From assembly GCA_016217965.1 (NCBI GenBank), contig JACRFI010000015.1, positions 16,366 through 80,365 on the forward strand: DNA of 64,000 nt, written 5' to 3'. Both the position numbers and the translations under genes were made by a program. Numbering within the stretch: position 1 is the first letter of the stretch; each line of letters begins with the position of its first letter. The stretch is from Candidatus Kaiserbacteria bacterium (lineage in GTDB: Bacteria; Patescibacteriota; Minisyncoccia; Phycocordibacterales; UBA2100). The notes under the pieces are model-generated. The model was not told where the DNA came from, did not search any database, and saw nothing but the letters and a program-made list of their open reading frames with translations. This document shows positions 28,906 through 38,318 of this stretch, one piece after another.

Positions 28906-29021
28906 CCCGTTAGAAGTCGTGAGCGCGTCTATCTATCCGCGAATTCTCTGATAGACTTTTATATATGAGCAGTAGCCGAATTTGGCGTAAACCAAGTGTC
29001 TGCGTCCGATTTCTAACGGGA
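28906..29021. repeat. long-range inverted repeat downstream of aspS (10-11-bp arms, ~95-nt spacer)
   Basis: CCCGTTAGAAG at 28907 and CTTCTAACGGG ending 29021 are reverse complements. Confidence 0.45.
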
Positions 29022-29755
29022 TGACGGCGTTCTCTTTAGAAACGAGCGGCTATACGGGCCCACTGGACGCGCTGTTGACGCTCATCGAAGACAGAAAGCT
29101 CTCGATATCGGAAGTCTCGCTTGCTGAAGTAACTGACGCGTACCTTTCGTATGTGGAAAGCCTTCCCCAGCTCCCTTTGGGCGAGACGGCTCAATTCATT
29201 CTCATTGCGTCCACGCTTCTACTCATAAAATCTCGCACCCTTCTTCCTAGCGTTGACCTAACGGAAGAGGAGACTCAAAGCATAGAAGAGCTCGAACGCC
29301 GCCTCGCACGGTATGCGCTTATAAGAAAGTGTGCAAAAGTGCTGCGCAACAAGTGGGGCAGTGCGCCGCTTCGATTTCCGAAGCGCCAACCGTCTCCCGA
29401 ATACGCGGCAGGCAGGGAGGCGTCATTCAATCCTGGGGAAACGACGCTTGCTCTACTGTTGCGTGCTGCACAATCACTCCTCAGCACTCTGCCAAAGCCG
29501 GAGAAGCTTGCAGAGGCGACAGTCGCACCGGTATTGAAACTTGAAGAAGTTATCAGCAATCTCCGCACCAGGCTTGCCTCATCGATACGCACCAAATGGA
29601 GCGAACTAACTAATACATCTGGTAAGTACGAGATGATAGTCCATTTTCTTGCAATATTGGAACTGGTTCGAAGTGGCTCTGTTAGTGCCACACAAGAGAA
29701 ACTTTTCAGTGATATCCTATTGGAAACAGAGGCCCTGGGGGCACCACGTTACTAA
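29021..29755 (+). CDS. scpA: segregation and condensation protein A (kleisin)
   Basis: N-terminal YTGPLDALLTLIEDRKL motif typical of ScpA; 244 aa. Confidence 0.7.
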   Translation: MTAFSLETSGYTGPLDALLTLIEDRKLSISEVSLAEVTDAYLSYVESLPQLPLGETAQFILIASTLLLIKSRTLLPSVDLTEEETQSIEELERRLARYALIRKCAKVLRNKWGSAPLRFPKRQPSPEYAAGREASFNPGETTLALLLRAAQSLLSTLPKPEKLAEATVAPVLKLEEVISNLRTRLASSIRTKWSELTNTSGKYEMIVHFLAILELVRSGSVSATQEKLFSDILLETEALGAPRY

Positions 29756-29836
29756 TTACCAAGATACAAGATACAATAACCAAACAAAATACAAAGAATT
29801 CCTCGTTTGTGTGCTGTTTCTTGGTGATTGGTTATT
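29752..29836. repeat. 'AATAACCAA...TTGGTTATT' hairpin element immediately 5' of scpB
   Basis: Shares ACAATAACCAAACAA and TTGTGT...CTTGGT(T/G)ATTGGTTATTA with element at 745..877; arms are reverse complements; ends at scpB ATG. Confidence 0.6.
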
Positions 29837-30415
29837 ATGAACCCACTTGATCTCGCGTCAAAAATACAAGCGCTTCTTTTTGCCGAAGGGGACTCCTTGG
29901 CTATTAAAAAAATTGCGCAGCTGCTCGAGTCCGAACTGCCGGCTGTAGAAGCCGCTTTGATGGAACTTTCGGAGCGCTTGAAAGGCGGACCTCTCGCGCT
30001 CATTCTGACGGATAAGGAAGCGGCGCTCGCAGTATCTTCGGATGCCAAGGATACCGTTTCTTCTGCGAGAGCAAAACTTGAGGAGCGCGAAATAGGCGAC
30101 GCTGGGCTCGAGGTTTTGACGATATTGCTATACGAAGGCCCCTCGACTCGCGCCGATATTGATTACATAAGGGGGGTAAATTCTTCTTCTACGCTGCGTA
30201 CGCTTCTCCTGCGCGGCCTTGTTGAACGCAGCGGCAACCCTGAGGACGGCAGAGAATACATCTACCGCCCGACAGTCGAGCTCCTCGCTCACCTTGGAAG
30301 CCCGTCTCAGAAAGATTTGCCAGAGTATGATACAATCGCGCGCGAACTCTCAGCATTCAAGGCATCGAACGATGTCTTTAAAGAGAACAACAATGGAACC
30401 GGAGAAGGAATTTGA
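29837..30415 (+). CDS. scpB: segregation and condensation protein B
   Basis: IQALLFAEGDSLAIKKIAQLL and winged-helix pair typical of ScpB. Confidence 0.75.
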   Translation: MNPLDLASKIQALLFAEGDSLAIKKIAQLLESELPAVEAALMELSERLKGGPLALILTDKEAALAVSSDAKDTVSSARAKLEEREIGDAGLEVLTILLYEGPSTRADIDYIRGVNSSSTLRTLLLRGLVERSGNPEDGREYIYRPTVELLAHLGSPSQKDLPEYDTIARELSAFKASNDVFKENNNGTGEGI

Positions 30416-31343
30416 ACAACGTAAGGTGAAAAGATGGCTTATTGTCGGCACTCTTTCCCTCGCTAGCCTACTGGCGATGGGTGCGTATTCGATGTACTCG
30501 TACGTTGGAGATGCGCGGGGTGTCGAATATGCCGCTGCGGCGAGTTACGACCCGTATGCTTCGCTCTCTCTCGAGGCGAAAAGCGCATATGTTCTCGACC
30601 TCTCAATGAACAGCGTTGCATACGAGAAAAACGCCGATATGCAGCTTCCACTCGCCTCATTGACGAAAGTGCCGCTCGTCCTTGCAGTCAGCGAAGTCCT
30701 GAGTGTTGATGAGTTGGTGCAGGTATCTCGAGGAGCAGTCGAGAGAGGGGAAGGAGGTGGGCTCGGGACAGGGGACACGTGGCGTGTTGGTGATTTGATA
30801 GATTTTACTTTGACAGCATCATCCAATGCCGGCGCAGAGGTTCTGGCTGAATCGGCCGACACGCGCCTCCGCGCGATATACCCGGATGCGCCGATAGGCG
30901 GAGCCGCGGTGTGGCGCATGAACAAACTTGCTGATGAGCTGGGGCTTACCGAGACATATTTTTTGAATCCGAGCGGACTTGATATGAGTGAGACACAACC
31001 CGGGGCTATGGGTTCGGCGCGAGAGTTTAGTGTATTTCTGGCAGGCGCGCTCAAAAAATTGGATCTGTTTGACGGAACTGCACGCACGGACCCATACCTT
31101 GGTCCTCTGAATGGCGATAAAAAAGGCACAGAGAACACGAACGACGCCATTCCGGCGATACCTGGCCTCTTGATCGGGAAAACGGGGTATACGGATCTTG
31201 CAGGAGGGAATCTGGCGATTGTCTTTGAACCTGAAATAGGCAAACGCTATGTTGCGGTAGTTATGGGCTCAAGTTATGAAGGCAGATTTCGTGATATGGA
31301 GGCGTTATTGGAGGCGGTACGGGTGGGTTCCAAGGCTCGCTAG
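30372..31343 (+). CDS. D-alanyl-D-alanine carboxypeptidase (S11/PBP5-like)
   Basis: SxxK (SLTK), SxN (SSN) and KTG motifs; signal anchor; start chosen at first ATG of the TTG-initiated ORF. Confidence 0.7.
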   Translation: MSLKRTTMEPEKEFEQRKVKRWLIVGTLSLASLLAMGAYSMYSYVGDARGVEYAAAASYDPYASLSLEAKSAYVLDLSMNSVAYEKNADMQLPLASLTKVPLVLAVSEVLSVDELVQVSRGAVERGEGGGLGTGDTWRVGDLIDFTLTASSNAGAEVLAESADTRLRAIYPDAPIGGAAVWRMNKLADELGLTETYFLNPSGLDMSETQPGAMGSAREFSVFLAGALKKLDLFDGTARTDPYLGPLNGDKKGTENTNDAIPAIPGLLIGKTGYTDLAGGNLAIVFEPEIGKRYVAVVMGSSYEGRFRDMEALLEAVRVGSKAR

Positions 31344-31355
31344 AGGCAGTGTACA

Positions 31356-32432
31356 ATGGCAATGATGCTCTCAGATACAGTGCGTATTTTAGTGCCAGCC
31401 GCTGTAACATTCGTTGTCGGGATGGCGCTGACGCCTATCCTCACTCACTACTTGTACGCGTATAAGGTTTGGAAGAAAACTCCGGGCAAAAATGGATTGG
31501 ATGGCAAAAAGGCTGAGGAATTCAACCGAATCCACGAATTGAATGAAGTCCGCGCGCCTCGAATGGGTGGCATCGTCGTGTGGGGAAGTGTACTTATCAC
31601 GATACTTGGGTTCGCCGCCGCCGCAGTTTTTTTTGACAACCCCATCATAGATAGTCTCGCGTACCTTTCACGCAGCCAAACATGGGTGCCACTTGCGGCG
31701 CTCATTATTGGAGCTGCTGCGGGATTTATTGATGATCTTCTCGTAGTAAAGCCGGGTGGAGAGGGGTTGCAGCTTTCAATCAGGCTTTCCGTCGTTGTCG
31801 CGCTTTCTCTTATTATTGGCACATGGTTCTTTACGAAGCTTGATGTCACGGCTATCAATGTGCCTTTTAGCTCTCCGATTGAACTTGGCTGGCTTATCGT
31901 TCCGTTCTTTGTCGCACTTTCACTGGGACTGTATGCATCCGGTGTCATTGATGGCATAGATGGGCTATCGGGAGGTGTATTCATGTCGGTATTCGCTGGC
32001 TACGCCGTCATTGCTTTCGCGCAGAACCAAATCGACATAGCAGCCTTTACTGCCTCCATTGTCGGCGGCCTTCTTGCCTTCTTGTGGTTCAATATTCCGC
32101 CGGCACGGTTCTATATGAGTGATACAGGCACGATGGCGCTAACATTGTGTCTTGCCGTTATCGTGTTTATGACCGACAGCCTTGGGGAAGGCGTCGGAGT
32201 ATTTGCGCTGCCGGTTATTGGAGCACTTCTTGTTGTGACTGTCGCGTCGAATGTCATTCAAGTTGTATCAAAACGCTTTTTTGGAAGGAAGGTATTCCGC
32301 GTTGCGCCGCTCCACCATCATTTTGAGGCCATAGGCTGGCCCGCGTACAAAGTTGCGATGAGGTATTGGATCCTTTCGATAGTGTTTGCTTTTTTAGGCG
32401 TTATCCTGGCATTGTCGGCGATTGTGCCATGA
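31356..32432 (+). CDS. mraY: phospho-N-acetylmuramoyl-pentapeptide transferase
   Basis: 10 TM helices, DDLLVV and VAPLHHHFE MraY motifs. Confidence 0.9.
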   Translation: MAMMLSDTVRILVPAAVTFVVGMALTPILTHYLYAYKVWKKTPGKNGLDGKKAEEFNRIHELNEVRAPRMGGIVVWGSVLITILGFAAAAVFFDNPIIDSLAYLSRSQTWVPLAALIIGAAAGFIDDLLVVKPGGEGLQLSIRLSVVVALSLIIGTWFFTKLDVTAINVPFSSPIELGWLIVPFFVALSLGLYASGVIDGIDGLSGGVFMSVFAGYAVIAFAQNQIDIAAFTASIVGGLLAFLWFNIPPARFYMSDTGTMALTLCLAVIVFMTDSLGEGVGVFALPVIGALLVVTVASNVIQVVSKRFFGRKVFRVAPLHHHFEAIGWPAYKVAMRYWILSIVFAFLGVILALSAIVP

Positions 32433-32517
32433 TTCGCTTCATCGCCGCAGGGTATTTTGACGGAGGAATGGCTCATACCGTCAAAATACCCTGCGGCGAC
32501 TCCGCTATTATTGGAAC

Positions 32518-33615
32518 ATGAAATCCGCAAAAATAGATAAACCGCTAGCAATCACGCTCGCCATATTGGTTGTGGGCGGCATGGGGATTTTTACGTCCGC
32601 TGCATTCGGTCTCCTTGCTCGGGGTGCTTCGCACATATCATCCGTAGTTTTCAATCATCTTGTGCTCGGTGTCGGCATGGGACTCGCCGCTTTTTCCGTC
32701 GCGTATTTCATTGAATATCGGACATGGAGATGGCTGGCACCGTACCTTTTTGGGCTTGCACTTATCGCGACCGCGCTCGTCTTTGTCCCGCACATCGGTT
32801 TTATGCACGCGGGTGGAAGGCGATGGATAGACATTTTCGGGTTCACGTTTCAGCCATCGGAGGCGTTAAAGATAGCGACCGTTCTTATGATGGCGTCATA
32901 CTTTTCTTCGCTAAAGGAAAAAGTCGGATCATGGCATGGGCTTGCAGCTTTTCTTGGCATCATCGCGCTTCCATCCCTTCTTCTCGTTGCGCAACCAGAT
33001 ATTGGCACGCTCGGCGTTATATGCATTTCCGCTCTCGCTGTATATGCGGCGGCTGGTGCACGTCTCCGGGATATTGCCATTATCGCGGTGGTTGGACTAA
33101 TGCTGCTCGCATCTCTCGCATATCTGCGCCCGTACATGCTTGATAGGGTAACGACATTCATTAATCCGGCGCAAAATCCGCATAGTGAAGGCTATCAGAT
33201 AAAGCAGTCACTTATCGCCGTAGGATCAGGCGGACTTTTGGGCCGCGGATTCGGGCAGGGCGTGCAAAAATTCACCTATCTGCCTGAGCCGATGGGGGAT
33301 TCGATATTCGCCGTAGCTGCAGAAGAGCTTGGTTTTTTTGGGGGACTCACGATAATAGGGCTTTTTCTGATTCTCGCGCTACGGGGCATGAATGTTGCAA
33401 CGCATTCACCGGACCTTTTTGGAGCGCTAGCTGCCGTAGGGATTTCAACTTATTTTGTCGGTGAGGCATTCATAAATATCGCCTCTATGCTTGGGATAGC
33501 GCCTCTCACGGGCATTCCGCTGACGTTCATAAGCCAGGGCGGAAGCGCGATGCTCATCTCACTTGGGACCGCCGGGATACTTCTCAATATTTCGAGAAAT
33601 AGGGCAAAAAAGTAG
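32518..33615 (+). CDS. ftsW: SEDS-family peptidoglycan glycosyltransferase FtsW/RodA
   Basis: SEDS consensus segments; position between mraY and murG favours FtsW. Confidence 0.8.
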   Translation: MKSAKIDKPLAITLAILVVGGMGIFTSAAFGLLARGASHISSVVFNHLVLGVGMGLAAFSVAYFIEYRTWRWLAPYLFGLALIATALVFVPHIGFMHAGGRRWIDIFGFTFQPSEALKIATVLMMASYFSSLKEKVGSWHGLAAFLGIIALPSLLLVAQPDIGTLGVICISALAVYAAAGARLRDIAIIAVVGLMLLASLAYLRPYMLDRVTTFINPAQNPHSEGYQIKQSLIAVGSGGLLGRGFGQGVQKFTYLPEPMGDSIFAVAAEELGFFGGLTIIGLFLILALRGMNVATHSPDLFGALAAVGISTYFVGEAFINIASMLGIAPLTGIPLTFISQGGSAMLISLGTAGILLNISRNRAKK

Positions 33616-33640
33616 CTCGCGCCATGGTAAAATCCAACCC

Positions 33641-34783
33641 ATGCGCATAGTGTTCACGGGAGGGGGAAGCGGCGGGCATTTTTACCCCCTTATCGCAGTT
33701 GCTGAACATATAGAGGATATCGTGCACGAGAAGAGGCTCATTTCTCCAGAATTATATTATATTGGCCCACCGCCATTCGATGAAAGTGCGCTATTGGAGC
33801 ACGATATTGAATACAGAGCGAGCCCAGCGGGCAAGATGCGCCAATACCGCAGCATCATGAATATTTTGGACATGTTCAAAACAGGGTGGGGGATAGTGCA
33901 GTCCATTTTCCAACTTTTTTCTATCTACCCAGACATCATTGTCTCTTCCGGCGGATACGCCGCCTTTCCTACGCTGTATGCTGCGCGCATTCTGAAGATC
34001 CCTGTTGTTGCATATGACGCCGATGCGAAACCTGGGCGCGTATCGTTGTGGTCAGCAAAATTTGCACGTTGGATAGCGCTTGCCCATCCGGACGCTGCCA
34101 AAAAATTCTCGCCGAAGCTTCAAGAGCGGACCGCGATCATTGGGCACCCAATTAGGAAAGAGATAGAAGAGCCGTCGGCCGAAGGTGGACATGAATTCTT
34201 GAAGCTCGACGCGGGCGTCCCGACACTTTTTTTTCTGGGCGGCTCGCAGGGTGCCCAGAAAATTAACGAAGTTCTTCTGGATTCACTGAAAGAGCTTGTG
34301 ACCCGGTATAATGTCGTGCATCAAGCGGGAAAGGCGAATCTTCAAGAGGTTCAGGGCATTGCAGGTGTCGTGTTGCGAGATTCGCCACATAAAGAGAGGT
34401 ACAGAGCGTTTGCCCTGCTCAATACGCTGGCGCTCAGAATGACTGCGGGCATTACATCGCTCTGTATAGCGCGCGCTGGAAGCGGCACGATATTCGAGCT
34501 CGCGTCGTGGAAACTACCGTGTATTTTGGTGCCACTCCCCATCGACGTTTCGCATGATCAGACTGAGAACGCATTTACATTCGCCCGTGCTGGAGCGGCA
34601 GTTGTCATTGAGCAGAAGAACCTCTCACCACATGTTCTGATTGCCGAAATAGACCGAATAATGGGCGATGCAGCCTTGCGCGGAAAACTTGGAGAAGCGG
34701 CAAGCAAATTTGCCAGGCGCGATGCGGGAAGAAAATTGGCGACGATTGTGTTAGAGACCGCGCTCGAACATGAGCCAAAGTAA
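33641..34783 (+). CDS. murG: UDP-GlcNAc:undecaprenyl-PP-MurNAc-pentapeptide GlcNAc transferase
   Basis: FTGGGSGGHFYP glycine-rich loop and GT-B fold pattern; internal ATG start 33641. Confidence 0.85.
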   Translation: MRIVFTGGGSGGHFYPLIAVAEHIEDIVHEKRLISPELYYIGPPPFDESALLEHDIEYRASPAGKMRQYRSIMNILDMFKTGWGIVQSIFQLFSIYPDIIVSSGGYAAFPTLYAARILKIPVVAYDADAKPGRVSLWSAKFARWIALAHPDAAKKFSPKLQERTAIIGHPIRKEIEEPSAEGGHEFLKLDAGVPTLFFLGGSQGAQKINEVLLDSLKELVTRYNVVHQAGKANLQEVQGIAGVVLRDSPHKERYRAFALLNTLALRMTAGITSLCIARAGSGTIFELASWKLPCILVPLPIDVSHDQTENAFTFARAGAAVVIEQKNLSPHVLIAEIDRIMGDAALRGKLGEAASKFARRDAGRKLATIVLETALEHEPK

Positions 34784-34800
34784 TATTCAGATTATTTCGT

Positions 34801-36138
34801 ATGTCCATACGTGTTCGTTTCCCCCCAAGTCCCACTGGCTACTGCCACGTTGGCACTGCACGAATGGCAATAGTGAACTATTTGTTCGCAAAGAAAAATG
34901 GCGGGCAGATAGTATTTCGCAGTGAAGATACGGATAAGGAGCGTAGCAAAAAAGAATTTGAAGCTGACATTATCGAGCAGCTTCACTGGCTGGGGCTCGG
35001 TTGGGATGAGTTTTATCGCCAATCGGAGCGCACGGAGATATATAGAAAGGCAATCCATGACCTGATAGGGGAGGGTAAGGCGTATGTTTCCGAAGAAGAG
35101 AGCAAGAAAGAGCCCGGCAAAATGGCGCAAGTCATTCGCCTAAAGAATCCGGGTCGGACCATCACTTTTACAGATGTCGTACGCGGCGACATTACGTTCG
35201 ACACGACGGAGCTTGGCGATTTCGCGATAGCGCGAGCAGAGGATGACCCGCTGTATCATCTCGCGGTTGTCGTGGACGACGCGGACATGGGCATCACACA
35301 TGTCATTCGCGGCGAAGACCATATTTCTAACACCCCGCGACAAATCCTCATCCAGGAAGCGCTGGGTGCATCGCGGCCCGTCTATGCGCACTACCCGTTG
35401 CATCTTTCAGCTGACCGCTCCAAGCTCTCAAAGCGAAAGGGCGATGTAGCAGTTCGAAGTTACCGCGAGAAAGGATTCCTTTCGCAAGCGCTGCTGAATT
35501 ATCTTGCGGCATTGGGATGGACCCCACCGTCTGGGAAAGAGATACTTTCGCTTACGGAAATGATTGCGGAATTCAAACTTGAAGATCTACACAAAAGCGG
35601 AGCTGTTTTCGATACTGAAAAACTCCGATGGTTCAACAGAGAGTACCTTGTTCAACTGAGCGACGATGAATTTACGCCTATCGCAATGGAATGGCTTAAA
35701 AAATCTCACACACACCTCTCTTGGAATGAATCGATCGCCGCGAAGATCATTCCCAGCCTGCGAGAACGCATATCCGTCTGGAGTGATATCGAGACGCTTG
35801 CCTCCGAGGGTGATCTTGATTATTTCTTTACCGCGCCAACATTGTACGGGAAGTCGATACCGATGAAGAAAATTGATATCGAGACAACTCAGCGGCACTT
35901 ACAGCATATCGTTTCGGTTCTCCAGAATATGCCGGCGCAATTTAGTGCGGAAGAGATAAAGAGCGCACTATGGGATTACGCCACTACAGAGGGCAGGGGA
36001 GCTGTCTTGTGGCCTCTCAGGTACGTACTCAGCGGCAAGGACAAATCGCCCGACCCGTTCTTTATCGCGTCAGTTATTGGTAAGGATGAGGCACTGGAGC
36101 GCGTCAACACTGGTATATCGGCGCTTCTTTCATCATGA
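34801..36138 (+). CDS. gltX: glutamate--tRNA ligase
   Basis: RFPPSPTGYCHVGTAR (HIGH variant) and KLSKR; 445 aa. Confidence 0.9.
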   Translation: MSIRVRFPPSPTGYCHVGTARMAIVNYLFAKKNGGQIVFRSEDTDKERSKKEFEADIIEQLHWLGLGWDEFYRQSERTEIYRKAIHDLIGEGKAYVSEEESKKEPGKMAQVIRLKNPGRTITFTDVVRGDITFDTTELGDFAIARAEDDPLYHLAVVVDDADMGITHVIRGEDHISNTPRQILIQEALGASRPVYAHYPLHLSADRSKLSKRKGDVAVRSYREKGFLSQALLNYLAALGWTPPSGKEILSLTEMIAEFKLEDLHKSGAVFDTEKLRWFNREYLVQLSDDEFTPIAMEWLKKSHTHLSWNESIAAKIIPSLRERISVWSDIETLASEGDLDYFFTAPTLYGKSIPMKKIDIETTQRHLQHIVSVLQNMPAQFSAEEIKSALWDYATTEGRGAVLWPLRYVLSGKDKSPDPFFIASVIGKDEALERVNTGISALLSS

Positions 36139-37397
36139 TGTTTCGGTACGCTGTATATTTTTTTGCGGTAGCTCTCGCCGTAACCCCATCATTGGTTGTG
36201 TCTCAAACGCCGCAGGAACTGCAAAACCAGATCTCTGTGCATAGCGCGCAAATAGAGGCATTGAACAAAGAGATAGCAGCCTTTGAAAAACAGCTTCAAG
36301 AAGTCGGGGCCAAAAAACAAACCCTCCAGAATACGGTCGCAACACTGGATCTGCAACGTAAGCAGCTTTCTGCAAAAATTAATGTCACGAAGAATAATAT
36401 CGCGACCACTGAACTCGAAATAAAACGCCTGGACGGCTCTATAGGCGACAAGGAAACTGCAATAGAGAAGGACGAGATGGGGCTTGCACAGGCGATACAA
36501 TCGCTTGATCAGGCGGAGACGGGCTCGCTTATCGAACATGTCCTCAATAACGATTCCGTTGCCGAATTTTGGGATGCTGTCGAATCGAACCAGGTATTTC
36601 AGAGTGCGGTCAATGAACACATAGGCTCTCTCCAATTAATAAAGCAAGAGCTTACGGTATCGCGCGACGAGTCTGATAAAAAGCGCGTAGAGTTAGAAAA
36701 ACAGCGTCAGACGCTCGCTTCACAGCAAGGCTCTCTCGATGTGACGAGAAGGGAACAGAACAGCCTGCTTGCACAGACGAAGTCGCAAGAGGCAAATTAT
36801 CAGACGCTCTTGGAAACGAAACGTGCCGCGAAGCAGGCATTCGAACAGGCACTGAATGAACTCGAATCCAAATTGCAGTACACACTGGACCCGTCCCATA
36901 TTCCTTCAGCGGGAAAAGGAATTCTACGCTGGCCACTCGACTCAGTGCATGTCACGCAGTATTTCGGCAACACCGAATTTGCGAGGAGCGGCGCGTACAG
37001 CGGCAAAGGGCATAATGGTGTCGATTTTCGCGCCGCTGTAGGCACTCCCGTTAAAGCGGCGCTTTCTGGAACAGTAATAGGTAGCGGCAACTCTGATTCT
37101 GTAAAGGGGTGCTATTCGTACGGGAGATGGCTCCTCATCAAGCATGGAAATGGTATTTCGACGCTGTATGCGCACCTATCACAAGCGAACGTGTCACAGG
37201 GCCAGCAAGTGACCACAGGGCAGGTCATAGGCTATTCGGGGAACACTGGCTACGCTACAGGCCCACACCTTCACTTCAGCGTCTATGCCTCGGACGCAGT
37301 GCAGGTACGGCAGCTTGGTACCAACACTCCGTGCGGCAAAGCGGTAATACCTGTTTCCGCCCTCGGAGGGTATTTAAATCCGATGGACTATTTGTAG
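36135..37397 (+). CDS. M23 family metallopeptidase with N-terminal coiled coil (EnvC-like)
   Basis: Signal peptide, long coiled coil, C-terminal GHNGVDFRAAVGTPVKAALSGTVI...HLHFSV LytM motifs. Confidence 0.8.
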   Translation: MMFRYAVYFFAVALAVTPSLVVSQTPQELQNQISVHSAQIEALNKEIAAFEKQLQEVGAKKQTLQNTVATLDLQRKQLSAKINVTKNNIATTELEIKRLDGSIGDKETAIEKDEMGLAQAIQSLDQAETGSLIEHVLNNDSVAEFWDAVESNQVFQSAVNEHIGSLQLIKQELTVSRDESDKKRVELEKQRQTLASQQGSLDVTRREQNSLLAQTKSQEANYQTLLETKRAAKQAFEQALNELESKLQYTLDPSHIPSAGKGILRWPLDSVHVTQYFGNTEFARSGAYSGKGHNGVDFRAAVGTPVKAALSGTVIGSGNSDSVKGCYSYGRWLLIKHGNGISTLYAHLSQANVSQGQQVTTGQVIGYSGNTGYATGPHLHFSVYASDAVQVRQLGTNTPCGKAVIPVSALGGYLNPMDYL

Positions 37398-37423
37398 ATC
37401 GCGCGAAACTCCCTCTCGGCATA

Positions 37424-37508
37424 AATTTTTTGCCGTCGCTATCTGGCGCTGCTGCGCCAGCGCTCGGTCTCGGCCCCGTCGGGCCTGCGAAGACGGCAAA
37501 AAACTTAC
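37424..37508. repeat. palindromic TIR element copy B (inverted relative to copy A)
   Basis: Reverse complement matches 7483..7569 with ~2 core mismatches over ~75 bp; immediately downstream of the M23 peptidase gene. Confidence 0.8.
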
Positions 37509-38206
37509 GCCTTCGAAGAGTTTCGTTTTGTCTGAGGCTGATTGAGCCATTCAGTAATTTTTATTGCTTTCAATTCCACAATAGACGCTTTTCGCAAATG
37601 TCTTATGGCCGCAGCTGGCGCGATGTCGTAATACTTTGTCTTCGACAATCTTTCCATAAGCCAATCGAGCGATTGCTCGGTCGTTATCCATTTTTCAGGA
37701 GGGAATCGAGAAAGATCGAATGGCGCTGAGTAGCCGCGGAGGGATTTTCTTCCGTCCCACATGTAATATTCGTGGAAATAGGACATCGCGAGTTCGCGAG
37801 GCGTTTTGTAAACCGCGTCACGATATCTGAGGACCGCGTGATTTGTTTTGCTGATTGCTCCCCATAGGCCGCTTTCTTTAAATAGCGCGACTGCGTGATC
37901 TTCGTCATCATACGCTGTCGCGAAATCCATAAGCAGCGGTTTTTTTCCGTGGTACGCCAGCGCTGCGGCAGCAAATACAGCGCCTTCAAAACAATGCGCC
38001 TTCCCTACTTTTAACACCAAAAGAGGGGAGTGGTTGGTTTCTCCGCCTACCTCAAAATTGATCGGTACAGTGTCCAGAAAATTCTGGATCTTTCGTGGGG
38101 AAGAGAGGCGCGAAAATATTTTATGCATGGCCGGAGGCAACGAGGCGCGTACAGAATCCGCGTACATAGGACAATTATAGCGATTAAAAAAGAGACCGAT
38201 CTGCAA
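37505..38206 (-). CDS. hypothetical protein
   Basis: 233-aa ORF, no confident motif. Confidence 0.4.
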   Translation of the reverse strand: MQIGLFFNRYNCPMYADSVRASLPPAMHKIFSRLSSPRKIQNFLDTVPINFEVGGETNHSPLLVLKVGKAHCFEGAVFAAAALAYHGKKPLLMDFATAYDDEDHAVALFKESGLWGAISKTNHAVLRYRDAVYKTPRELAMSYFHEYYMWDGRKSLRGYSAPFDLSRFPPEKWITTEQSLDWLMERLSKTKYYDIAPAAAIRHLRKASIVELKAIKITEWLNQPQTKRNSSKA

Positions 38207-38234
38207 AATGGGCTCTGTGCAGTTTGAGAGGTAT

Positions 38235-38268
38235 ATAACTGAGTATTAGAGATATTATACTCAGTTAT
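38235..38268. promoter_or_regulatory. perfect 12-bp inverted repeat (ATAACTGAGTAT-N10-ATACTCAGTTAT) in the divergent promoter region upstream of the recombinase gene
   Basis: Read directly; arms are exact reverse complements; overlaps a TATATA element. Confidence 0.6.
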
Positions 38269-38318
38269 CCACATTGCACTTCCCTCACCTCTGTCAAATT
38301 GTAGTAGGCTAGAAGCGT

